From NCBI GenBank assembly GCA_003427395.1, contig BFEA01000001.1:8617120-8681119 (forward strand): a stretch of DNA of 64,000 bases. The letters are read 5' to 3'. Shown piece after piece: positions 38,295-48,283 of this stretch. The notes under the pieces were generated by a model. The model saw nothing but the letters and a program-made list of their open reading frames with translations, searched no databases and had not been told where the DNA came from. This DNA is from Chara braunii (Eukaryota; Plantae; Charophyceae). Positions within the stretch are counted from its first letter, which is position 1. Each line of letters starts with the position of its first letter. A program made the translations under genes and the position numbers.

Positions 38295-39572
38295 CTACTG
38301 GAAGCGGGGCTTGTATACGAATGACTTAGGCGCACTGGGCTCGTACTTGGGAGCCTCCTTTCCTCCAAGCTTGGCCATGGCTAGTTTGAACGAGTGATCC
38401 AGGTCGTTTATGAGGTCGCCGACGAACTCGATCCCGACACCCAGCCGGACGAGATCGTCAGGCAAACCCCTGGCCTCTCGCACGGGCTTCGGAACCGCGG
38501 CGTGCGACATGAAGCACGGCAAGCTGATGAGCGAGCCCACGCTGCCGAAGCTCACCGTCTTCTGGAAGACCTCAGTGCCGTCCGCCACCAGCTTCGACAT
38601 CTCCACGTCTCCCGTGGTGAAGCAGAGCACCGATCCCGGCCCGGAGCACTGCTTGAAATGGAGATCCCTGTCTGGGAAGCCGGGCAGGCCCAGATAGAGC
38701 ACCTTCTTCACAAGCGGATGCTTCACCAGCCACTCCGCGATGGCCTGCGCGTTCTCCTGGGCCTTCTCTACTCGCAAAGACAATGTCTGCATGCCCCTCA
38801 AGATCATGAAGCTGTCGAACGGGCTCAGACACGCGCCCTCCGCGGACTGGAGGAAGTGGATGTCCTTGGCGAGCTGCTCGCCCCTGACCGCCAGGAAGCC
38901 GCCCATCACGTCGCTGTGCCCGGACATGAACTTCGTCAGCGACTCCATCACGATGTCCGCGCCGTGATCCAACGGCCTCGACAGCGCCGACGACATGATG
39001 CTGTTGTCCACCACGACCAGCGCGCCGGTCCTGTGCGCGATCTCCGAGATGGCGGCGATGTCCGTGATCTGCAGCAGAGGGTTCGTCGCGATCTCCAGGA
39101 ACACGAGCTTCGTCTTCGGCGTCACAGCCGCGCGAATCTCGTTCAGATTGCTGGTGTTGGCGCGCTTCACCGTCACGCCCCACCGGGTGACGAGGCTGGT
39201 GAGCAGCCTGTCGGTCCCGCCGTAGATGTCGTCATCCGCCACGATCTCGTCGCCGACCTCCACCATCTGCATCACCGTCGTCAGAGCCGCCATTCCCGTC
39301 GAGAAGCAAAACGCGCGGTCCGCGTCGTGAAGCCGAGCAATGTGCTTCTCCAGCGTCGATCTCGTCGGGTTGTCGAACCGCGAATACAGAAACGAACCAG
39401 CCTTCGTCACGGAGGGAAGCTTGAAAGTGGCCGTCAGGTAAATGGGAGCGTTCTTCGCACCGTACGGATCGTTCTCGTCCTGGAAATGGAGAGCGCGCGT
39501 CGCGAACGCCAACCCATGATGGTCATATTTCGAGCCCGTAGCCTTCACTCCGTTAGCGCCAGGTTCAGCCAT
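38295..39572 (-). CDS. CBL: Cystathionine beta-lyase-like PLP-dependent C-S lyase (Cys/Met metabolism family), intronless, 425 aa
   Basis: Uninterrupted GC-rich ORF colinear with plant CBL/MetC: DPYGA..APIYLTATFK, ADRAFCFSTGMAAL, DDIYGGTDRLL, VVDNSIMS, PLP lysine in SLTKFMSGHSDVMGG, VSFGSVGSLISLPCFMSHA, ARGLPDDLVRLGVGIE. First ATG is at 39572 (the track's 39578 start is GTG). Confidence 0.93.
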   Translation of the reverse strand: MAEPGANGVKATGSKYDHHGLAFATRALHFQDENDPYGAKNAPIYLTATFKLPSVTKAGSFLYSRFDNPTRSTLEKHIARLHDADRAFCFSTGMAALTTVMQMVEVGDEIVADDDIYGGTDRLLTSLVTRWGVTVKRANTSNLNEIRAAVTPKTKLVFLEIATNPLLQITDIAAISEIAHRTGALVVVDNSIMSSALSRPLDHGADIVMESLTKFMSGHSDVMGGFLAVRGEQLAKDIHFLQSAEGACLSPFDSFMILRGMQTLSLRVEKAQENAQAIAEWLVKHPLVKKVLYLGLPGFPDRDLHFKQCSGPGSVLCFTTGDVEMSKLVADGTEVFQKTVSFGSVGSLISLPCFMSHAAVPKPVREARGLPDDLVRLGVGIEFVGDLINDLDHSFKLAMAKLGGKEAPKYEPSAPKSFVYKPRFQ

Positions 39573-40558
39573 AGCCACTGCCCTCGATCACGCCAACAAC
39601 ACAAAATCGCGTACAAACCTACCGGCGGTGCAACGTCGACTACTCCTGCAAATCTCAATAATAAACAACTCTCACTGCCTGCGCTCCGGCTCCTCACTCT
39701 GTTCCGCAGCGTCGCAGGAGTGATAGGGAAGAAACACGTCTCCGTGGTGATGGCCGCCGCGCACAGGAAGCCAGGAGTTCTTACGAACGTGCAATGGCTG
39801 ACATTCCACACATCCGCAGCCGCGATGATATATCAGCGCGCGAGCGCACAATTCCAGAAGCGCTTCGGTGCGCAGAATGCCAAGTAGCACCGATGTGTCA
39901 GGAGAGCGAGACGGAAGAGATAGACCATGGGCAGTGCTCGAGCGGCGGCGCCAGCTAACTTACTGATTACACCGATGGCCCGCGACGAGGGACGTGCTAA
40001 CTCTGGGCGGGCATCTGCCTGCTCTTTGTGGGCGTTCGCGTTCGAGGCAGCGCCTGCCTCAAGAGGAAGGAATGCGCAACTCCTGTCCCAGCGAACAAGG
40101 GCGTCCCTCCAATACTCAGCAAAATGTGCAAAACGAGGATGAATCTCACCCTAGTACATGGGAAGATAACCCCGGCATACTGTTCGTCTGTTGTCCACGT
40201 GGAGTAGCAGAGCAAGACCCCACGTGCTTTCTGAGAACACGCCCCAGAGTACTGCTACCTAGCAGCGCAGAAGCGACAAATGACCTCGCTCCGCTACCCG
40301 CCAATTGCGTGGAATTGCCAGCTCATCTTCCCTAGCAGGTGAAAAGTAGGCCCAGATCCATTCGGACTGACCGAACATGTCCTCGTTCTGTCCGTTTCAA
40401 ATGGAACCAGGCCCCAGTCCGGAGGGCTCTTGGTGAGTGGTGCGGCGAGGCCGCTTGTGTCCTTCCTCTGGGCGCAGTGGGCGGTATCAGCCTTTCGAAA
40501 CCATGCATTCTCCGAAATTTGTTCGAGGGAATTCAAAAGTTGTAGCTTCGGGAACCAG

Positions 40559-40655
40559 GGGCTAGGTCCCACTGACACGAATTAAGAGATGTTGACCGTA
40601 GATAGCACAGATCAACGGTCAGAATCTCGTAATCCGTGCAAGTGGTACCTTGCCC
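40559..40655. mobile_element. 97-bp Tourist-like MITE (family copy 4)
   Basis: GGGCTAGGTCCCAC...GTGGTACCTTGCCC flanked by CAG on both sides. Confidence 0.75.
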
Positions 40656-40776
40656 CAGGGCACTCGGTTCCCAAGGTAGTAGTAGCTTTACGCCGCAGTA
40701 GGCACGCTGTGGGAGGTGGGTGGTAGAGTGGCAATGGTGCCGCAGGAACGCGAGTTCCAAGCTGCCGAAAATAGGC

Positions 40777-40814
40777 CTGTCTCTTATACACATCTAGATG
40801 TGTATAAGAGACAG
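40777..40814. other. Nextera mate-pair junction adapter (artefact) with false ~58-bp duplication
   Basis: Exact 38-bp adapter; flanking sequence is repeated on both sides. Confidence 0.97.
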
Positions 40815-40932
40815 GGGTGGTAGAGTGGCAATGGTGCCGCAGGAACGCGAGTTCCAAGCTGCCGAAAATAGGCTGCTGTGTGGGCTGCTGGTAGGCCTGC
40901 ATTAGGTTCCCATAATTGCGTACATTGACCCG

Positions 40933-43900
40933 TTTTTTTTTTTTTTTTTTTTTTTTTTTGGAAAGTTGTCAATATATTGCAAAAACCAGGGACGAGGCCG
41001 GGGACCTCACAATTCAACCCGGTGTTATCCTGGCAGCCTCAGCCAGTTCAGCTTATCGTATAGCCCACTTGCTGGAAACCGGGTCCAGCGTCCCTGTTAA
41101 ATCTCATTGCTTTCCAAAAAGGCCTAAAATTTGGAACTCAGAAAAAGTAACAGAGCTCAGCAGAATAGAGGTTGGGCGTCCCATACCAACTCCGGGAGCA
41201 ACCAATCAGTGAAAGGCTTAAGGCTTGAACCCTGAAAACTTCCCTGATGACTACCGGTACTAAGTTATACCGTGGCTGATTAAAAAAACTGATAAAAAAC
41301 AACTAATTTGAGACACAAAAAAACAAAGAAATCCAAAACTAAAATATGACAAACATGCTAAAAAAGGATAGCACCTAGTGAGAGGGTCTAAAATCGACCA
41401 AATCCCGTCGGTGAGGTTTCTCAAGAGACTGTCGTCAATCGTTTTGACTTGTAAGCCAAGGCGAGAGAGTCATTGTTCCGTCTGGTCTGACAGATGCCCA
41501 CTTCCTCTCTGATCCCCAGGTCTTCATGAACCAGGTCAGATTCCTTGAACGTGAAGTTCGGTGCTGGGTCCAGTCTGCCATAATAGATAACCGGAGCTTG
41601 TTTCTGAGCGTCGCTTTCTGTTGCGGAACCGAGAGGGTTTCTCCTTTGAAAACCTTTGCGTTCCTTGCTGTCCATATAACTTCCAGGAGCGCCCCTCTAC
41701 AGCAGAGGGCAACATAGCCAATTCCTGCTTGGAAAGTTAGGCTCGGTTGGAGGAGGCCTGTCAGCCACCAAGAGTCCGTCCATGGCAGGACATCTCCTCC
41801 TACTTGCGCCCAGTATTTCTTCCACCATTCCAACAGCTCATCGACTAACGGGCAGTATAACCATATGTGAGCCTGGTTTTCCCACCCCCAGTTAAAGCGT
41901 TGACAGATTGTAGAGATGTCCATTCCTTTCGTCGAGAGCCACACCGCTGAGGCTGTAATCAGAAGCGATTGAAGCCAGATAATAGCTGCTTGTTTTTGAG
42001 CTGGCATATTCTTCAGGGCCGACCACAGTGTTATTAATTTATTCTCGGTGACATCTTGAAGCTGGTGGTTGCCAGCCCTTCTTAAGGCTAGAGATACTGG
42101 GTTGACTGCTGACTGTGTTCGTTGAGTAGCCACACCAATCTTAGTCTTGTAGTGACAGAGAGGCGTAAAGGAATGTTCTGAGGTAAGCCCCTTCCATCCG
42201 AAGAGCACTGGCTCTACTCTGTAAGAATCTGCGTTGCGCCCCAGCCAAGCTACCGCTTTCCCTTTCCCATCCTCTTGGAGGAGTACCCGTACTTCTTCCA
42301 GTCCCAGGGTGCTAGGAGTCACTTGTTCTCCTGTCTCATGTAGGAAGCCGCTGGAATGGCTAATAGAGGGAAGGGTCCAGGATTGCACCCTGATGCCCGA
42401 GTTCAAATCCGGGCCGACCACTCTCCATATCTCATTGCTGTGTGTCAGAGACCTTAGCCAAGTGCCCTGTGCATTCTCTGAGTCGCTTTGAAGAAGATAG
42501 GTCCATGACTGTGGGATTGCCTCCAGGAGCAACTCGTAGGAAGTTGAAACATTGTGAAGCCTTGGAAGCAGCCTCCTCAAGGTGCCTTCTTCAATCCAAT
42601 CAGAATTGTTAGAGCCCCAGATATCTTGGATCTGCATGACTCCTCTTTTGATCCAGGACCGACCAAAGTTAGAGTCTCTTCCCTTCGCTGAAAACGGGGA
42701 CCCGTTTCGCTGCAAAATGTGGGGATTATCAAACAAGAGTTGGTTCAAACATTCTGTTTTGGTGGCAGGGCGTCTCCATTCCGTAGGCTTAACCTTATTC
42801 CAAGCGAATAGGATGCTACGTCAAATTTTAGAATGCAGGCGGCACTGCGTAAATGAAGGCATCATCAAGCAAAGCCACACCTTTGAAGGGTCGTCCAACC
42901 CCCATTCGCTCGCCAGAATATGCTCAGCCAGTCTCATCCACAGAGTGCTGTCTTCCTCCATCATCGCCTGAGTTGACCATTTGGCCAGTAGGGCCATGTT
43001 TTTATGGACCGGATCTAAAATCCCCAGGCCCCCTTGGTTACGAGGCTTGGCTATTGCCTCCCAGGCCACTTTGGATACAAAACCTTGTTCATCTGTCGCC
43101 GACGGCTTCCAAAGGTACCGGGCAGCCGCTCTTTTTATCTTCTTGTAGGCCTCCTCTCCAAGTAAACAAACCGCCAGGGGAAACCATAGGGTAGAGGAGG
43201 CTGCTGCAGACAAGACCAGCGCACGACCAAAGAGGGAGAGGGAGCAATTCTTTTCCCACCCTGCAATTTTAGTGAGTACTTTACCCACCAAAATATTGTC
43301 TTGTGATCTAGAACAGTCAAAAAAGGGAAACCTGAATCCCCAAAAATCTTTCTGAAGCATTGCAGGGGACGCGGCGTAAGCCCCAATCCTTACTCAACTC
43401 CGACTGGGAGGGCAAAAAAAATATTGATTTGTCCCAATTTATAGAGGCTTCAGATAATTCACAATAGGTATCTAATACATTACGCAATTTCAACAGACAT
43501 GTCGGGGAATTAACACAGGCCACGGTTAAATTATCAGCAATAGCTTCGCCCTTCCATTGAAGGGATAGAGGGAGTCTAAGACCTTCTAAAACATTATTAT
43601 TTCTAATGTTATCAAGCAAGATTTCTAATTGGAGGACGAAGATCAGCGGGGCCAGGGGGCATCCCTGGCACAGGGAGCGTGTCAATGCAAAGTCGTCTGA
43701 GAGCTTCCCATTCACTACCACTGATGTCGTAGCGTTAGCATATAGGGTTTTGATCCATATACAAAACTTTTGACCAAAACCGAGTCTGATCAAGGTAGTG
43801 TTGACAAATGCCCAACCTACCTTGTCATAGTCCTTTTCCATATCTAGCATCAGAATGACTATGTTCCTGTTTTCCTTCCCGATGATTTCCAGCGCCCGAA

Positions 43901-44385
43901 TTGTAGTTAAAATGTTTTCAAAAATTGTTCGTCCTTTGACAAAGGCGCCTTGCTCTATTCCAACCAACGAAGGCAGAATTTCTGTCAGACGGATTGCCAA
44001 AATCTTACCCAAAAGTTTGTTGGTTACATTCAGGACTGAAATAGGCCTCCAGTTTCGAACTTCTCGTTTGTCCCCTTTTTTATACAGAAGGGATATTATT
44101 CATCGGACTACGCCTTTAGGCAGAGACCCGTCTGTAGACTTGCGTTAAAAATCTTGCATAAAAAAGGGGCAAAAACCTCCCAAGCACTGAGGAAGAGTTC
44201 CAACGGAAGGCCATCAGAGCCCGGGCATTTGCCTAGGGCTATTTGCTTGGCCGCTAACCATGCCTCTCTCTCAGTGATGGGGGAGTCCAAGGAAACACTC
44301 TGTGTATGTGAGATAGTTTTCATGGATCTGTTCCAAAAGTCTGAGTGTTCCATTAGATTGGTATGGAAAGACTCGAAAGGACGCC
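40933..44385 (-). mobile_element. 3' half of the interrupted minus-strand LINE (RT, zinc finger, 3' motif, poly(A))
   Basis: KCPGSDGLPLEL, LDMEKDYD, SLCQGCPLAP, ENQAHIWLYC; T-run 40933-40958; reading resumes at RRPFESFHTNL, continuing ...DIVSTRRP from 54375. Confidence 0.9.
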
Positions 44386-45490
44386 ATTATCATCACCATA
44401 TTCATCCATCTTGCACATCATACAAATTCTTCCCTCTCTCACATGTACGCGTGGCCTTGGATAAGTTACCTCAGACCGTGAAATTTTTAGATTGACGGTG
44501 AAGCCTGGATAAGGACTGGCTCCCCGCGATACTCCATTGTGAAGTCTGGGGAGGGGTTGGGTCTTCGAGGTCGACTGGTAAGGCTGCCTTCATCATATAT
44601 GACCACAAGGACATGAACTTCTGGNGCATCATANGTAAGGAGANAAGAGGTGATTATCCCCAGGCTACAATTGTGAGGTAAGACTATACTAACTCAGCCT
44701 GGACACTGCATCTCCTATAACCTCTCCCTGGTTTTACGCTTTGTCATCCCCCCTCGACACTGGTATTCCAACCAACAATTTATGCTTCCATATGTCCACT
44801 AAAAGCACTAATTTATTATTAATCATAAATTGGTGGGCCAATTACTGACTAATTACCGAAAAGCACATCACAATGAAGTTGGGAGTTAAACGAACGAAGG
44901 GGCCTGGCTCTATGTTTTTTTATCAGGGCGCGATGAGGCACGCACTATTCAAACAAATGGGAGTTCTGTATGCCAGGCCAGGTGAATCAGCTCCTGTTCG
45001 TCAACAATGTGGGTCTCCAGGCAGTACGTGGGGACAAGGAAGAAGCCTTCCTTCTCTGAGAGGGCCTTCCATACCCCTCAAGACACCTGTTACCTCTATG
45101 ATCACGACAGGATCCATGGGTCAGCTGGCTTCCCCTCCGGATGGGTCCATCACCTTTCACCCATCTGACTTCCCGCTATTACAATCCACTTCGATAGAAA
45201 CAAAAGAGTCCGTTACGCCAGTTGGGCAGGATTTGACAATGGAAGAACAAGATAACGAGATTGTGAAGGAGGATACTGAAAATGAAGACGATCTCATTGG
45301 AACCATTGACGAAATATTAACAGAAGACGAAAGGATCCAAAAATCATCTCATTCTGATCGTCCAAAAGGTATTTCAGTGGAACAGTCAGTTCCACAAACA
45401 GTCCACCAACCCTCATGGGCACATAAGGTGAGGGAATCCCTACATGACAAGACTCTGACGATCCAGTGACCTTCAATCGACCCAGCGGGG

Positions 45491-48283
45491 ATGCCTGCTG
45501 AAGATCTGAAGGTCCCTCTAAAGAATCTATCATCAGCAAGAACTTATTTCCTGTCATTGTTCCTTCTTCCTTCCGAGCAATTGGTCATTGATCAGGGTGG
45601 TAGGAAGACCCTAATGAAAGCATACCCGCAAGACAAGTTGCCACAGAGAGATTTAGTTTACACAAAACATGCATCCAACTGGATTTTTTACGATGATGCA
45701 GCGTATCGTTCAGTCAATGATAAAATTAAATTCATCTACAAGAGATTAGAATCGTTGAAGGATGGTCCAGAAGGGGTGACAAAATTCTTCCTAATTCAGC
45801 CAATCACTCCAACCGTATTCACTATCCTGTGCCTGTTTGACAAAGATAAAGTGAGAATGGATGCCTGGAAAAAGTTGGTTTGGGATCGTTCGGAGGTGAG
45901 GATTTATCCTTGGTTACCTAAAAAGGTAGGTCCAGAAGAATTGAGGGAGCACATGATGAAGGATTATTACTGGGTCGAACTGAGGCATATCCCCATTGAA
46001 ATCCAGGCAGCATTCGTTCATGACTTTGGTCAACAGTACCGGATTGTAGATTTCATCAATCCATTGCCTTCCTATGTCGCCAAGAGAGACGACTACTTGA
46101 TGCTAGCGCTTGACCTCCCGAAGGATCAAGTTTTCTCTCTCAACGACATAGTCCCTTTCAAAATGGGCGGTCGGGTCTTTCAAATTCACACTGCCCACAA
46201 GTTCAGGCCATGGTGCTTTAAATGTAAGGCCTACGGTCATCTTCACACTGACTATGCGTGTTCTCATCATCCCCAACATGCTGTTCACCCGGACGTGCGC
46301 CTCAAAAAGGACCCGCAGAGACCCAACAGATGGGTACCGGTGGTACCTGAGCATGAAGGATGGGTATATAGGGAAGATGTGAATTTCTCAGGTCAGCAGA
46401 TGGGTTGGGTATGGGAAGGGAGGAGCGATGTTCATAAAGCGCCCCGTCCCCCTCCAGAATGGATCCCACCTCAACAGTCACCGACTCAGTCTCACGTCCA
46501 ACCTAACAAGCAAGCAGTAGTTACTAAAGCACTAAACTCACGCTTAAAGAAGACTGGAAATAAAGAACACAGCGAGCCGAATATGGGAGGTGAGAGCAGT
46601 CAGCACTCGGGAATGGATGGTAGGAATAACGGAGGAGAGAATGACAATCCTCAGAAACAAAAAGCCGGACCCTCCTCCCCTGCATCACAGCCCGGGGGAT
46701 TTTCACTGGGTCCTAAAGCAAAAGACTATGTTCCCAGGAACAACCCACTTTCTGAATGGAGGGAAGTCATAAAGAAAGGATCAGCTGTTCCTGTTCCGGC
46801 GAGTAACAACGGAATGATTACCAATGGAGAGGCAGAAACGTCCATGACAGATACTGACACAGACCCCATGGAGGTGGACCTTTTCAAGAATGCATTTGAG
46901 GCTGTCCCAATGGATATCGAAACCCTCCACTCCTGTGTTCCTCCTCCGTTGTTAAATCCCGCTGCAGGTGATAACTCTTCGGTAGCAGTGGATTTGAACA
47001 CAGTAGTATGCAAAATAGTTGACTGGATTCTATACAATCTAAAAGTACAGCATCCTTCCCTGTCCACAAGTCATTGGCCCCATATCTTCGAAGAGCTGAT
47101 GATATTGCTGAAGAATAGTGACAGCCTGACTTCCTTTTTGGTGCAAGGACCGGCTACAGGTGTAATATGGGAGGACATTAGTACTAAATTACTGTCGATT
47201 GTTTCCTCTAGATTCAGGCTCAAGAACCTGGTAGGACCTCAACACAGCCTAAGTACACATAATCGCTTTCTACCACTGGCCTCAGCCGGAAATGAATCAC
47301 AAGCCAATGCTGGAATACAGCAGGTTAAAGGTCACATAGAGCTCCCTGAATCTGTGTCACAAAGTGAGCGGGATGGTAAATCCGAAGTCCTTGCGTCGTG
47401 CAATGAACTAGGACCCCCCCATCTCAGAATAGAAGAGCCACATGCACCAAGGGATAAACACCAAATACAACAACCCGCACCTCTGGACATAGTGCAGAGT
47501 AAGGACGAATGCATTTCCACAGACCCTTTATTTGCAAACGAATCTGACCTTTCCCACTCCAGTATGGTAGTATACCAGGTACTAGGGGAGGAACCCAGGA
47601 ACCTAAAACACTCCCCATCGAAAATAGGCAGGAACGGAATTATGACTAGATTTAAGGAAATCATTTCCGATCTCACAGGTGAGAAAAAAAAATTGATGCT
47701 CAGTCGTCAGCCTCAGCCTACGGCCTTGACGAAACTCAGTCATAAACCTTTAGAGTGTGACCCGAGCTCTGAGTCCCCTCGATCAGGCCTCTCATTATCT
47801 GTCCAAAGTGAGCAACTGCCTCCCTCCCCAGATATAATTCAAGATCCACTCACTGTCTATGATGGGGGGGGAAATGATATTATAAAAACGAATCTACTTG
47901 CTCAATCTAAGTATTGTTCCCATGACAATAATGAGAGGAACACTGATAAGGAAGAAACTAACTTACAGACGGAGATCGACTGTCACCTTGCACGAGGGGT
48001 AATCGAACTGATGAATCCAGACAATCCAGCTGCTGTGTGTACCAGTCAGATATCTGAATCTGTTGAGTCAGATATATCTGACGACACAAAAGAAATACCT
48101 GCACTCACAGACCCACAAAATGATCATACGCAAGCGAACCACAACAATGGATTGTATCTGACAGACCCAGAAAATGATCATATGCATCCGAATCCCAACA
48201 ATGGATTGTATTTGATGGAAAAGAAACCTGCGATGGATCAGCAGAATCCACAGACAGTGGACCTCACTGAGGACCTTCCATAG
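45491..48283 (+). CDS. LINE ORF1 (gag-like), open 930-aa segment with a CCHC zinc knuckle
   Basis: YWVELRHIP...PWCFKCKAYGHLHTDYAC resembles the plant L1 ORF1 RRM-like/zf-CCHC region; flanking frames 44873-45469 and 48308-48903 are probably broken parts of the same ORF. Confidence 0.75.
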   Translation: MPAEDLKVPLKNLSSARTYFLSLFLLPSEQLVIDQGGRKTLMKAYPQDKLPQRDLVYTKHASNWIFYDDAAYRSVNDKIKFIYKRLESLKDGPEGVTKFFLIQPITPTVFTILCLFDKDKVRMDAWKKLVWDRSEVRIYPWLPKKVGPEELREHMMKDYYWVELRHIPIEIQAAFVHDFGQQYRIVDFINPLPSYVAKRDDYLMLALDLPKDQVFSLNDIVPFKMGGRVFQIHTAHKFRPWCFKCKAYGHLHTDYACSHHPQHAVHPDVRLKKDPQRPNRWVPVVPEHEGWVYREDVNFSGQQMGWVWEGRSDVHKAPRPPPEWIPPQQSPTQSHVQPNKQAVVTKALNSRLKKTGNKEHSEPNMGGESSQHSGMDGRNNGGENDNPQKQKAGPSSPASQPGGFSLGPKAKDYVPRNNPLSEWREVIKKGSAVPVPASNNGMITNGEAETSMTDTDTDPMEVDLFKNAFEAVPMDIETLHSCVPPPLLNPAAGDNSSVAVDLNTVVCKIVDWILYNLKVQHPSLSTSHWPHIFEELMILLKNSDSLTSFLVQGPATGVIWEDISTKLLSIVSSRFRLKNLVGPQHSLSTHNRFLPLASAGNESQANAGIQQVKGHIELPESVSQSERDGKSEVLASCNELGPPHLRIEEPHAPRDKHQIQQPAPLDIVQSKDECISTDPLFANESDLSHSSMVVYQVLGEEPRNLKHSPSKIGRNGIMTRFKEIISDLTGEKKKLMLSRQPQPTALTKLSHKPLECDPSSESPRSGLSLSVQSEQLPPSPDIIQDPLTVYDGGGNDIIKTNLLAQSKYCSHDNNERNTDKEETNLQTEIDCHLARGVIELMNPDNPAAVCTSQISESVESDISDDTKEIPALTDPQNDHTQANHNNGLYLTDPENDHMHPNPNNGLYLMEKKPAMDQQNPQTVDLTEDLP

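Noticed and set aside
38394-39887. 497-aa plus-strand ORF
   Set aside because: Antisense shadow of the GC-rich CBL coding sequence; no recognisable motifs
40777-40814. Perfect 38-bp palindrome recurring three times, as a possible transposon end or horizontal transfer
   Set aside because: Identical to the Nextera mate-pair junction adapter; library artefact
44655-44705. TTGTGAGGG...CAGCCT resembling the LINE 3' motif
   Set aside because: Weak match; lies near the 5' end of the nested LINE in coding-like sequence with no poly(A)
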